Assembly (NCBI GenBank): GCA_949288735.1
Contig: CASELE010000007.1
Span: forward strand, 1,737-65,736
Direction: 5' to 3'
DNA: 64,000 nt
Source: an uncultured Alistipes sp.
Lineage (GTDB): Bacteria; Bacteroidota; Bacteroidia; Bacteroidales; Rikenellaceae
Shown here piece by piece: positions 17,799 to 29,404 of this stretch (positions are counted from its first letter, which is position 1; each line of letters begins with the position of its first letter). The notes below the pieces were generated by a model that had not been told where the DNA came from, did not search any database, and was given only the letters and a program-made list of their open reading frames with translations. The position numbers and the translations under genes are program-made.

Positions 17799-19304
17799 TA
17801 TCAGCAAAATGATATACAAGAGTTCAGGCTCAAGTTGCTGGAAGAGGCAAGTAGCCTTCAGATAACTCAAGAGGAACGTGCACTGCTTAGACGGATACAG
17901 TCCATCAAAGGGGATAATGCGAAGTGGACTGCGTTGTCCAATGCATTGAATCCAACATTGCTTTTGACAGGTTCCGGTCCAGGAATGGTACCTCAAGCTA
18001 TCTTCCAAACCTTGCTGACAGCCACTCGTACGGCAGTTGAATATAAATCCATGCAGGGAGAATTGGATATAGAAGAAATACGCGCCATGTGGAATCTGCG
18101 CAAGCAGGATATGGAAATTATAAAAGCTCTGCGGCAGGATGCCATGGAGATTGTATTCAAATTGTATGACAAATATCATCTCGATGAATATGATCGTTTG
18201 ACAGAGGCTACGGCGAACATGTTCAGCTTGTGCATCTCCGAGCCGGATGTGAATAAGCGAATCCGTTTGCTCGAGGAGCATCGGAACGATTTCGGAATGC
18301 TTGCCGAATACTATTATTATTTGGGGATGGGATATTTGGAATCGGGGCAATATATAAAAGCCAAATCCTGTTTCGATACTTATTCTGACGTATATGCGAA
18401 AACCCCTCTCTTCCGTTGTGACGAAAAAGGTGGAACCATTGCTTTAGCAAGATTATCCTATGAAAAAAATTTGTCGCAAATTGAAAAGAAGCATCTTATT
18501 AATATCGTATTGCAGAATCTTCCCAATAATAGTGCCGCTCTGTTACAGTGTGCGATGATATACCTGTATGAATTGGAAGATGAAACCCAATGCCTGAATC
18601 TGTTGAGAAAAGGTCTGGACAATCCCTATGCCACCGACCGGGAGCTTCTGCTCATGACAGCGGTAGAACTGATGCCGGTAATGACAAGGCACAATGATGT
18701 AAATGGGCTGGTCCATAAATATTTGAGCGCTGGAACAATCGGATTCGATACTTATGTTGCGTATCTTATTCAATCGTCGGATTATGTTGGCGCTTTGTCG
18801 ACTCTCATATGCGTTGAAGATGTGAAAAAAAGACCAATCCTTGGGTCTGTCTTGGGCTGGCCAGCCGTAAGGTTGCATATTGTTTTACCTGAGCGCTTTA
18901 TATACGAAAGAGGCGATATAGCAGCAGTCTATTGGGAAACGCATAAGGCAAAAAAAATACTCATCAGAGAATTGCAGATAAAGGAGGAGGGTATAACTCT
19001 GAAGGAGATAGAGAAAGTGAGCTGTTTTGACCAATACAAGGATCTCAAATATCTGTTTTTTGAAACGCTTGTTCCCAATGAGATATTCGTTTTGAAAAGG
19101 GGAATTGATTACAATGAAATAGAGCAAGGAGAGTGGCCTCGGATGAGTCAGTTTGTTCTTTCCGGCCGTGATATAAAACAGATTGTGAAATTCTGTAAAA
19201 AGCATGAACCCGAAAATCGCGATACGGATCTCTTCTGTAAATCTAAAAGGAAAATCGGGTGGAAGAACCTGGGTGAAATCGACGGCGTAAAGTTTAAATT
19301 GTGA
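17799..19304 (+). pseudogene. 5'-truncated, AT-rich helical/TPR-like protein gene
   Basis: Frame opens after TAA 17796-98 in mid-protein-like sequence (YQQNDIQEFRLKLL) with no ATG; TPR-like EYYYYLGMGYLESGQYIKAKSCF. Confidence 0.6.
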
Positions 19305-19529
19305 TTATGTGCCTTCGCATGCCAAGGATCAAAGAGGTGAATACCTTAGAGTAGTGTTGTTTTTAAAGGATCATCTGACGGGTCTCATTTGTTGTATCGA
19401 TACGACAAGAAAAATAAAACGCTCCAATTCTGTTCGAGAATCGAGGCGGAAATGCTGACAGATAAGTAGAAGCAGGCAGAGCCTTGAGGTCGGTAACAGA
19501 GCCCCCTGTATATGTTGATATATGATAAT

Positions 19530-20331
19530 ATGAAGAAGTCGAGAATATTGGCCTTTATTTTAATCATGGCCTTTTCGTTAGTAGAAGTTCAGGCGCATGG
19601 GAGTTGGCAAAAGCATGCCGATGATGTACGTGAAGTCTTGGGATTGCAGAAAAATATAAAACTGGATGGATGGATGGATTAGATTTATCAGTTCAGACAT
19701 GATTGACAAAAGGGATTTTCATGAGCAATTGAAGAGGGAGTACGGATTGACCATGAAACATCGGCTGCTCTTTCATTGGGCCTATGACGCCGAGCCCTGG
19801 AGTGCGGATATTGAGAAAATAATCATAGATTATTGTGATTGGCGGGAATTGAATCAAGAAACGCATATCCGAATGTTTAAAGAGAAGCTCAGACGTGAGC
19901 AGAGAGAAAGAAATAGTAAAATACTGCAAAAGACCGAGGAAACATTTGGTCTCAGTCATGGCGGGCGTGATCGGACCTATTCCCGTTTCTTGGCATCAAT
20001 GGCCTATAACATTCATATATTAGGAGATTATACAACAGATAATAGCGATTTGGATGGCTTGTACGATTTTAATAGACTGGTCGGACAAATTATTGAAGAA
20101 CTTAAGAAGTTGGATTCTTCCCTGTATTTTGTGAAATTGAAGAGAGAGATTAATCAGATCAATAGTAAGTCTATAGGAGTTCAGGAGAAGGCAGATGAAC
20201 TCATGGCGTATATGAAAAAGTCTGTCCCCGGTTTTATCCAGAAGGCATATCAAGGGAGTTTAAAAAGAAGATTGGAAAAGAACGGATATACGTTTCAGAC
20301 TGTGGGCTTATTGCCAAAAATCCGAATGTGA
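19530..20331 (+). pseudogene. Secreted putative metal-dependent hydrolase, frameshifted at (TGGA)4
   Basis: ATG 19530 gives a signal peptide and stops at TAG 19680-82; removing one TGGA joins it to ORF 19666..20331 (265 aa). Confidence 0.8.
19663..19678 (+). repeat. (TGGA)4 tetranucleotide repeat at the frameshift site
   Basis: CTGGATGGATGGATGGATTAG read directly. Confidence 0.95.
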
Positions 20332-20339
20332 TTTGGCAA

Positions 20340-20373
20340 GACGCGACCCCGGCCGTGAGGCCGGGGTCGCGTC
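20340..20373. terminator. Long hairpin, probable bidirectional terminator at the right edge of the island
   Basis: GACGCGACCCCGGCC-GTGA-GGCCGGGGTCGCGTC, 15-bp perfect stem. Confidence 0.8.
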
Positions 20374-20414
20374 TTGCTGTATCCGTGTGCGGCGCCCGCG
20401 GGGCGGGACGGCCG

Positions 20415-21719
20415 CTATTTCTGCCGGAAGTAGATCTGGATGGGGACACCCGAGAAGTCCCACTGTTCGCGCAGCTTGTTCTCGAGGAAGCGGCGGTAGG
20501 GCTCGCGGATGTACTGCGGCAGGTTCACGAAGAAGGCGAACTGCGGTGTCGGTGTCGGCAGCTGCGTCACATACTTGATTTTGATGTACTTGCCCTTCGT
20601 CGCAGGGGGCGGCCAGTTCTCGATGATCGGCAGGAAGTATTCGTTCAGTTCCGAGGTCGCGATGCGGCGGCGGCGCGACTGGTGCACGCGGATGGCCGTC
20701 TGCAGCACCTCGAGGATGCGCTGCTTGTTGAGCACCGAGGTGAAGACTACCGGAATGTCGTTGAACGGGGCCAGCTTCTGCGCGATGAAGGCGCGCCACT
20801 CCTTCATCGTGTTGTTCTCCTTCTCGATGAGATCCCACTTGTTCACCACGATGACACACCCCTTGCGGTTGCGGACGATGAGGTTGTGGATGTTGAGGTC
20901 CTGCGACTCGAGCCCCTGCTGCGCGTCGAGCATGAGGATACAGACGTCCGACTCCTCGATGGCGCGTATCGAGCGCATCACCGAGTAGAATTCGAGGTCC
21001 TCCATCGTCTTGCCCTTCTTGCGCATGCCGGCCGTGTCGACCAGATAGAAGTCCATGCCGAACTTGTTGTAGCGCGTGCGTATCGAGTCTCGCGTGGTTC
21101 CGGCGATCGAGGTGACGATATTGCGCTCCTCGCCCAGCAGGGCGTTGGTAAGCGACGACTTGCCCACGTTCGGCCGGCCGACGACGGCGATGCGGGGCAG
21201 CTCCTCGTCGAGCTCGCTCGTGGGCTCGGCGGGCAGCGCCGCGAGGATGGCGTCCATCAGGTCGCCCGTGCCGCTGCCCGACATGGCGCTGATGCCGTAG
21301 GGGTCGCCCAGGCCGAGCGCGTGGAACTCGTGGACGGAGTAGAGCTGGTCGTTGTTGTCCACCTTGTTGCAGACCAGCAGCACGGGCTTGGTCGTGCGGC
21401 GCAGGATATCGGCCATCATCTGGTCGAGGTCGGTGATGCCCGTGGCTACCTCGACGAGAAAGAGTATGACGTCGGCCTCGTCGATGGCGAGCAGCACCTG
21501 ACGGCGGATCTCCTCCTCGAAGATGTCGTCCGAATTGACGGTGTAGCCTCCCGTGTCGATGATGGAGAACTCCTTGCCGTTCCAGTCGGTCTTGCCGTAG
21601 TGGCGGTCGCGCGTGGTGCCGGCCGTGGAGTCCACGATGGCCTGCCGTCGTCCGACCAGACGGTTGAAAAGGGTGCTTTTGCCCACGTTGGGCCTTCCTA
21701 CTATTGCTACGAGGCTCAT
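20415..21719 (-). CDS. der: Ribosome biogenesis GTPase Der (EngA)
   Basis: Two G domains, each GRPNVGKS; DTGG/DTAG; KH-like C-terminus. Confidence 0.98.
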   Translation of the reverse strand: MSLVAIVGRPNVGKSTLFNRLVGRRQAIVDSTAGTTRDRHYGKTDWNGKEFSIIDTGGYTVNSDDIFEEEIRRQVLLAIDEADVILFLVEVATGITDLDQMMADILRRTTKPVLLVCNKVDNNDQLYSVHEFHALGLGDPYGISAMSGSGTGDLMDAILAALPAEPTSELDEELPRIAVVGRPNVGKSSLTNALLGEERNIVTSIAGTTRDSIRTRYNKFGMDFYLVDTAGMRKKGKTMEDLEFYSVMRSIRAIEESDVCILMLDAQQGLESQDLNIHNLIVRNRKGCVIVVNKWDLIEKENNTMKEWRAFIAQKLAPFNDIPVVFTSVLNKQRILEVLQTAIRVHQSRRRRIATSELNEYFLPIIENWPPPATKGKYIKIKYVTQLPTPTPQFAFFVNLPQYIREPYRRFLENKLREQWDFSGVPIQIYFRQK

Positions 21720-21792
21720 GTTCGCTCTGTTTGGAGTGCTTTACGGAAGCGCAAAGATAGCGTAAAATCGGCAAGCGGCCAACTTTTGGCCG

Positions 21793-23853
21793 CTATACCA
21801 TGAAGCGGTTGGGATCTTCGCCCGCCTGTACCGGGTAGATGAGTATGCAGCTGCGGTCCGTGAAGTAGGACTCCAGCATGTGGGGCAGCCGTGCCATGAC
21901 GGGCGAGTACGACGGCTTCTCGCGGCGGCTCAGCACGACCCACAGCGCGTCGTCGGTCCGCATCTCGTGGGCCAGGTCGTGCAGGTGGCTCCAGTCGGGC
22001 ACGGTGCGGAAGCGGGCGTTGATGGGCGACTTGCCGTTCTTTTCGCGCAGATAGTCGAGCGTCTCTTCCGTGCCGCAGAAGTACATCTCGGTGCCCGTAT
22101 TGCGGCCCAGCTGCCAGAGCCGCTGTACCCAGAGCGGGAACCCGGCCTCCTTTTCGGCGTGGGCCGGTATGAGAATCAGATGGCGCTGGATGGTCGATAT
22201 GGGCTGCACCGATTTATAGATGAAGGTCGTGATGTTGTTCTGCGCCAGCAGGCTCTCGGCCGTCTTGCCCAGGTACGCCTCCGAGAAGCCGTGTTCCTGG
22301 TGGGCGCCCAGTATCAGGTCGGAGGCGTTGCGCTCGCAGACGGTGCTCGTGATGGCGTTGACGATGTTCACGTCGTAGCGCAGCACGCCCTGCATGTAGT
22401 CGTCCGATGCGGCGGCCGTCTTGACGGCCATGTCGAGCAGTTTCTGGGCGTGTTTCTCGGCCTGCGGGTTGTGGGCGGCGTTGTTCACGGCGTGGAGTGC
22501 GCAGAGGGCGTTTTTCTGCTTCTTGGGTTTGAGCAGCGTGCCGAGACTCACCAGCTCGGAGACGGTCTGCTCGTGCGATACGGGTATCAGGATAAGGTCT
22601 GCGGGGTCGGCCTCCTCCTTTTCGCGCACGCCGCCGAGGGCGATGTTGTGGGCGCCGCGCTGCGTGGCGAAGGTCGAGACTGTGCAGGTGACGAAGATCA
22701 TGAGTATCGTTCCGTTGAGCACGCTCTCGTTGAGCAGCCGGATGGGTTCGCCGTCGGGCGTATGGCCCAGGATGACGTTGTAGCCCACCATGACGGCGGC
22801 GAGCGTGGCGGCTACGTGGGCGCTGCTCAGTCCGAAGAGCAGCGTGCGCTGGTCGCGCGAGAGCCGGAATGCCTTCTGCGTGAGGGCGGCGGCGATATAC
22901 TTGGCGGCGGTGATGCCGACAATCATCACGGCGGCGACCTTCAGCGTCTCCCAGCTCTCGAAGAAGGCGCGGTAGTCTATGAGCATCCCCACGCCGATGA
23001 GGAAGAAGGGGATGAAGATGGCGTTGCCGACGAACTCGATGCGGTTCATCAGGGGCGATGTCGAGGGGATGAGCCGATTCATGGCCATGCCCGCGAGGAA
23101 GGCGCCGATGATGGGCTCGAGCCCCGCCATCTGGGCGAGGAAGGCTCCGAGGAAGACCATCACCAGCACGAAGACGTACTGCGAGATGCTGTCGCTGCAC
23201 CACTTGAAAAACCAGCGTCCGATGAGGGGGAAGATCACCATGATGACGGCGATGCAGGCGACCACCGAACCCCCCAGTCTGAGCCAGAATCCGTCGGCGA
23301 GATTGCCTGACGCCAGCCCGACGATGACCGTGAGCACGAGCAGCGCCAGCGTATCGGTGAGTACGGTGCCGCCCACGGCTATGGTCACGGCCTTGTCGCG
23401 TGTGATGCCCAGCCGGCTGACGATGGGGTAGGCCACGAGTGTCTGCGAGGCGAAGAGGCCGGCCAGCAGAATCGAGGAGTAGAGCGGGAAGCCGAGAACG
23501 TAGTATCCGAGCAGGATGCCGAAGATCATCGGTACGGAGAAGGTGAGCAGTCCGAAGACGAGGCTGCGGCCGCTGTTGCGCCGGAAGTCGTTCATGTCCA
23601 TCTCTATGCCCGACAGGAACATGATATAGAGCAGTCCCACGGTACCCGACAGGATGATGCTGCTGTCGCGCAGTACGAGGTTCAGACCGTGAGGCCCGAT
23701 GACGGCTCCGGCGATGATGAGTCCCAGCAGATAGGGTATGCGCAGACGGTTGAGCAGCAGGGGCGCCACGAGGACTATGGCCATGATGAGCATGAACTTC
23801 AGGACCGGATCCTCGATGGGCAGGGTAAGCGAGAGTGTCGATAGCGGCAGCAT
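21793..23853 (-). CDS. Cation:proton antiporter (CPA2) with C-terminal USP-like domain
   Basis: ~12 TM segments, GLLYIMFLSGIEMD, TVLTDTLAL, FIPFFLIGVG; soluble C-terminal domain. Confidence 0.9.
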   Translation of the reverse strand: MLPLSTLSLTLPIEDPVLKFMLIMAIVLVAPLLLNRLRIPYLLGLIIAGAVIGPHGLNLVLRDSSIILSGTVGLLYIMFLSGIEMDMNDFRRNSGRSLVFGLLTFSVPMIFGILLGYYVLGFPLYSSILLAGLFASQTLVAYPIVSRLGITRDKAVTIAVGGTVLTDTLALLVLTVIVGLASGNLADGFWLRLGGSVVACIAVIMVIFPLIGRWFFKWCSDSISQYVFVLVMVFLGAFLAQMAGLEPIIGAFLAGMAMNRLIPSTSPLMNRIEFVGNAIFIPFFLIGVGMLIDYRAFFESWETLKVAAVMIVGITAAKYIAAALTQKAFRLSRDQRTLLFGLSSAHVAATLAAVMVGYNVILGHTPDGEPIRLLNESVLNGTILMIFVTCTVSTFATQRGAHNIALGGVREKEEADPADLILIPVSHEQTVSELVSLGTLLKPKKQKNALCALHAVNNAAHNPQAEKHAQKLLDMAVKTAAASDDYMQGVLRYDVNIVNAITSTVCERNASDLILGAHQEHGFSEAYLGKTAESLLAQNNITTFIYKSVQPISTIQRHLILIPAHAEKEAGFPLWVQRLWQLGRNTGTEMYFCGTEETLDYLREKNGKSPINARFRTVPDWSHLHDLAHEMRTDDALWVVLSRREKPSYSPVMARLPHMLESYFTDRSCILIYPVQAGEDPNRFMV

Positions 23854-24078
23854 GGGGTTTGGTCAGATGGGTTGGGGTATATCACTACAAATTTAGCAAA
23901 AAAAAGGGAAGCGTGCAACCGAATCCCTCTTTTTTCGTCTCGTCGGCTCCTTCGGTGGGCGGCGGTCCGGTGCGCTGCATGCGGATTGTCGGACCGGGCC
24001 GGGCGGAAGAAAAAGAGGACATAATTTCGCCGTTTGAACGAAAAGAGTTATTTTTGGGGAATCGGAACGACGGATACG

Positions 24079-25278
24079 ATGCGCGAAACGGGAAATTCGA
24101 CAATCGGCGGGAGGGGACTGGCACCCGTGCTGGCAGGCTTCTTCGTCATGGGCTTCTGCGACCTGATAGCCCCCATATCGGGCCGGATCGCCGACGACTT
24201 TCCCGCTGCGCTCCAGGGGGCGGTGAACTTCCTGCCCACGCTGGTTTTTCTCTGGTTCCTCGTGCTGTCGCTTCCGATCGCGGCACTGATGGGACGCACG
24301 GGCCGTCGGACCATGGCGCTCGCAGGCTACGCGCTGACGGCCGTCGGTCTGCTGGTGCCCTATGCGGCGGGCGCACAGCCGGCGCTCGTGTGGTATTTCG
24401 TCGGCTTCGGCCTGCTCGGTATCGGGAACACGGCCGTGCAGGTAGCGGTCAATCCGCTGCTGGCGGCCATCGCTCCGGCCGGTCGCATGACCAGCTATCT
24501 GACCTGGGGGCAGGTCTTCCGCAACGTCTCGCTGCTGCTCATGGCTCCGCTGCTTACGGCGCTGGTCGCCCTCACGGGTTCGTGGAGGCTGCTGCTGCCC
24601 GCATACGCCGTCGCGACGGCGGCGGCGGGACTGTGGCTCTGGCGGACACCTGTGCCCGAACCCGGGCACGGCGGCCGCACCGTCGGATTTGCCGACTGCA
24701 TCCGGCTGCTGCGCAGCCGTACGGTGACGTTGTGCGCCTTCGGCGTGGCGGCCTTCATCGCGGCCGACGTGGGCATCGGCTTCCTCTCGTCGCGGCTGCT
24801 CGGTTCGCCCGATTCGATTCTGACGACCACGGGGTTCTATGCGTGCCGTATCGTCGGAACGCTGGCGGGGGCGTGGCTGCTGACGCGCATGTCGGATATC
24901 GTCTACCTGCGCTGGAACATGTGCGGCGCGCTGCTGCTGGCCGCGGCGCTTCTCTTCGTGCGCAATACGGCGGCGATCTATCTGCTCGTCGGTCTGCTCG
25001 GTTTCGCGCAGTCCTGCGTCTTCGCCACGCTCTATGCCGAGGCGACGCGGAGCGAGCCGACGCGCATCGACGCCGTGGCCGGCCTCCTCATCCTGATGAT
25101 TGCCGCCGGGGCGCTTCCCGGTCCGGTCATCGGCGCCATGGTCCGGGCGACGGGCGACGCACATACGGGGATGCTCTTTGTCATACTCTGCTTCGTCTAT
25201 CTGGTATGGGCTTCGTTCCGGCTCGGCGGCCGGAGTGCGGCCGGGCGGGCGGAACAAATCGGAAACCAAAACGAATGA
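24079..25278 (+). CDS. MFS transporter, FucP/glucose-galactose-like
   Basis: 12 TM pattern, GIGNTAVQVAVNPLL; TATTTTTG box 24049-24056. Confidence 0.85.
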   Translation: MRETGNSTIGGRGLAPVLAGFFVMGFCDLIAPISGRIADDFPAALQGAVNFLPTLVFLWFLVLSLPIAALMGRTGRRTMALAGYALTAVGLLVPYAAGAQPALVWYFVGFGLLGIGNTAVQVAVNPLLAAIAPAGRMTSYLTWGQVFRNVSLLLMAPLLTALVALTGSWRLLLPAYAVATAAAGLWLWRTPVPEPGHGGRTVGFADCIRLLRSRTVTLCAFGVAAFIAADVGIGFLSSRLLGSPDSILTTTGFYACRIVGTLAGAWLLTRMSDIVYLRWNMCGALLLAAALLFVRNTAAIYLLVGLLGFAQSCVFATLYAEATRSEPTRIDAVAGLLILMIAAGALPGPVIGAMVRATGDAHTGMLFVILCFVYLVWASFRLGGRSAAGRAEQIGNQNE

Positions 25279-25280
25279 AT

Positions 25281-25856
25281 ATGCGAAAATGGATCATTGC
25301 GGCGCTGCTGGCGCTGGCGGTTACGGGCGGAGCTTCGGCTCAGAAACTGTTGGAATACGGCGTGACGGCCGGGGTCAACATGCCCAATTTCACCACCTGG
25401 ACGCCGGGAGCAGAGATCGGCAATAAGCTCGGATGGCAGGCCGGCGTGGTCGTGCGCATCAATACGCCCGTCGTGGCCATACAACCCGAGCTGCTCTTCG
25501 TGCGGCAGGGACTCGACGTGCAGTGGCAGGGCAGCGACGTGCGGGTGAAATCCAATTCGTTCAGCCTTCCTCTGCTCGCGTCGGTCAGGCTGCTCAGGAT
25601 ACTGCATATCAACGCGGGCCCCGTCTTTTCGCTCACCAACGACTGCAAGTACAAGGTCGACGGCCTGCGTTACGACTTCGGACGGCTGCTCCCCTCGGTC
25701 GGCTATGCGGCGGGTGTCGCGCTGCAGCTGGGACACCTGATGATCGATGCCCGCTACAACGGACAGTTCAAGCGGATGCGGAGCGTCAATGCGCACGGCA
25801 TCGATGTGGATGCGCAGTCGCGTTCGGTGGCCGTCGGACTCGCCTATCTTTTTTAG
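25281..25856 (+). CDS. Outer-membrane beta-barrel (porin/PorT-like) protein
   Basis: Signal peptide, YGVTAGVN, IQPELLF, C-terminal AYLF. Confidence 0.8.
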   Translation: MRKWIIAALLALAVTGGASAQKLLEYGVTAGVNMPNFTTWTPGAEIGNKLGWQAGVVVRINTPVVAIQPELLFVRQGLDVQWQGSDVRVKSNSFSLPLLASVRLLRILHINAGPVFSLTNDCKYKVDGLRYDFGRLLPSVGYAAGVALQLGHLMIDARYNGQFKRMRSVNAHGIDVDAQSRSVAVGLAYLF

Positions 25857-25866
25857 CTGATCCGTC

Positions 25867-26879
<1,013 letters not shown>

Positions 26880-26883
<4 letters not shown>

Positions 26884-28346
26884 TGGACAAGAATCTGGAG
26901 GCTCTGAAGCCCGCCCTCGTCTGGAAACACTTCGCGCGCATCGCGCGCATTCCGCACCCCTCGCATCACGAGGAGCAGATCCGCAAGTATGTGCTGGATA
27001 CGCTCCGCACCCTCGGACTGGAGTGCCGCGAGGATGCCGGTCACAACATCTACGCCCGCAAGCCCGCATCGAAGGGGATGGAGGATCGCAAGGGCGTGAT
27101 TCTGCAGGCTCATCTCGACATGGTGCCGCAGAAGAACAACGACAAGGAGTTCGACTTCCTGACCGATCCCATCGAGGCCTACATCGACGGCGAGTGGGTG
27201 ACGGCTAACGGTACGACGCTCGGTGCCGACAACGGCATCGGCGCCGCGGCCATTCTCGCCGTGCTGGAGGACGACACGCTGGAGCACGGTCCCATCGAGG
27301 CCCTCTTCACGGCCACCGAGGAGGTGGGTATGGACGGAGCCTTCGGGCTGGAGGGCGGCATGCTGCAGGGCGACATCCTGCTCAACCTCGATTCCGAGAC
27401 CGAGGGCGAGCTCTACGTGGGCTGTGCCGGCGGCCTGGATGCCAACATCACGTTCGGCTACGAGGCCGAGGCGGCTCCCGCTGCGGGTTACCGCGCGGCG
27501 AAGCTGACGGTCAAGGGGCTCAAGGGAGGCCACTCGGGCATTCAGATCGTGACACAGCGCGCCAACGCCAACAAGCTGCTCTTCCGCTTCCTGCTCGACG
27601 AGGCGCAGCGCCGCGGGCTGCTGCTCGCCTCGGTAGACGGCGGAGGTCTGCGCAACGCCATCCCGCGCGAGGCCGAGGCCGTAGTATTGGTGCCCGAGGC
27701 GCAGTGGAACGACGTGGCGGCCGAGCTGAAGAGTTACGAGGCGGCGGTGCGGACGGAGTATGCCGGTATCGAGGATTCGATCTCGCTCGCCATGACGGAG
27801 TGCGCCGCTCCTGCGGAGCTGATCGCCCGTGAGACGGCCGGCCGGCTGATGCGGGCCGTGGCGGCCTGCCCCGACGGCGTGCAGCGCATGTCGGTAGCCA
27901 TGCCCGGTCTGGTGCAGACCTCGACAAACCTGGCGCGTGTGGTGTCGGACAGCCGGAGCGTGAAGCTGCAGTGCCTGCTGCGCAGTTCGGTCAATACGGA
28001 GAAGGCCGCCCTGGGTGCGGCGATCGCCGCGCTCTTCACGCTGGCAGGTGCCGAGACGGAGCTCTCGGGCAGCTACGACGGCTGGAACCCGAACATGGCG
28101 TCGCCCATCCTGAAGGCGATGACCGAGTCCTACGAGGCGCTTTACGGCAAGCGTCCCCTCGTGACGGCCATCCACGCCGGCCTGGAGTGCGGCATCATCG
28201 GCAGCAAGTATCCGAAGCTCGACATGATCTCGTTCGGCCCGACCATCTGCTATCCCCATTCGCCCGACGAGAAGGTGGAGATAGCTTCGGTAGCCAAGTT
28301 CTACGACTTCCTCGTACACACGCTGCGCAACGTTCCGAGCAGGTAA
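26880..28346 (+). CDS. pepD: Aminoacyl-histidine dipeptidase (M20)
   Basis: LQAHLDMV, TTLGADNGIG, TEEVGMDGA, IHAGLECG, HSPDE. Confidence 0.93.
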
Positions 28347-28348
28347 GC

Positions 28349-29323
28349 ATGGAGCGTCCCGCAGAGGAGACCAAGTGGTTCGTGATCGTGAATCCCGTGG
28401 CCGGTTCCGGCCGCGGGCTCGATCACTTTCCCCGTATCTCGAAGCTCCTGCGCGATGCGCACATACTCTGCGAGCCGGTCTTCACCGAACACAAGTTCCA
28501 CGCCACCGAGCTGACCGTCTCGGCCGTCCGGCAGGGCTACCGTCACATCATCGTCGTGGGCGGCGACGGCACGCTGCACGAGGTGGTGAACGGGCTCTTC
28601 ATCCAGCGCGAGGTGGATCCGCGCGAGGTGCTGCTGGCGGTGGTGGCCGTCGGTACGGGCAACGACTGGATGCGCATGTTCGGCGTGCCGCGGCGCTACG
28701 AGGATACCGTGCGGGCCATCCGCGAAGGGCGCTCCTTCCTGCAGGACGTGGGAATCATCTCCTACGAGGAGGCGCATTACCGCCAGAGCCGTTACATGGC
28801 CAACGTGGCGGGCGCGGGGTTCGATGCGGCGGTGAACCGTCGGTTCACCCACATGCGCAAGAAGGGACGTCGCGGCAAATGGCTGTATACGTGGAGTACG
28901 ATACGCAGCTTCTTCCGCTATAAGTCGACGGGGATGAAGATCTGGGTCGACGATCGGCTGGTCTATAACGACCTGCTCTTCTCCGTTTCGATAGGTATCT
29001 GCAAGTACAACGGAGGCGGTATGCAGCCGCTTCCCGAAGCGGTGGCCGACGACGGGATGTTCGACATGTCGCTCATCCGTCCGGTCCACTTCTGGCATAT
29101 ACTCTTCCGTATCCGATACCTCTTCAACGGCGGCATCTACCGCATCCGTCACGTGTTGCGGGAGCGCGGGAGCCGTATCCGCATAGAATCCTCTCCCGAG
29201 GTGTCGGTCGAGGTGGACGGGGAACTGCTGGGCGAATCGCCCTTCGAGTTCACGATTCTCCACCGGGCCATCCGCATCGTGGTGTCGAGGGAGTTTCTCG
29301 AATCGGAGTCGCGCGGGCGGTGA
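28349..29323 (+). CDS. Diacylglycerol/lipid kinase family protein
   Basis: IVNPVAGSG, VGGDGTLHEVVNG, GTGNDW, EVDGE. Confidence 0.92.
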   Translation: MERPAEETKWFVIVNPVAGSGRGLDHFPRISKLLRDAHILCEPVFTEHKFHATELTVSAVRQGYRHIIVVGGDGTLHEVVNGLFIQREVDPREVLLAVVAVGTGNDWMRMFGVPRRYEDTVRAIREGRSFLQDVGIISYEEAHYRQSRYMANVAGAGFDAAVNRRFTHMRKKGRRGKWLYTWSTIRSFFRYKSTGMKIWVDDRLVYNDLLFSVSIGICKYNGGGMQPLPEAVADDGMFDMSLIRPVHFWHILFRIRYLFNGGIYRIRHVLRERGSRIRIESSPEVSVEVDGELLGESPFEFTILHRAIRIVVSREFLESESRGR

Positions 29324-29342
29324 CGGGGCCGTTGCATGCGGT

Positions 29343-29384
29343 ACGAACGGATGAGGACCACGATCGTGGTCCTCATCCGTTCGT
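29343..29384. repeat. Perfect 42-bp palindrome between convergent genes, probable bidirectional terminator
   Basis: ACGAACGGATGAGGACCACGA|TCGTGGTCCTCATCCGTTCGT. Confidence 0.85.
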
Positions 29385-29404
29385 TTTCGGTCGTGCCGTG
29401 CGTG

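Noticed and set aside
12974-20331. Intact prophage or ICE
   Set aside because: No integrase, structural, replication or conjugation genes and no att-like repeats seen.
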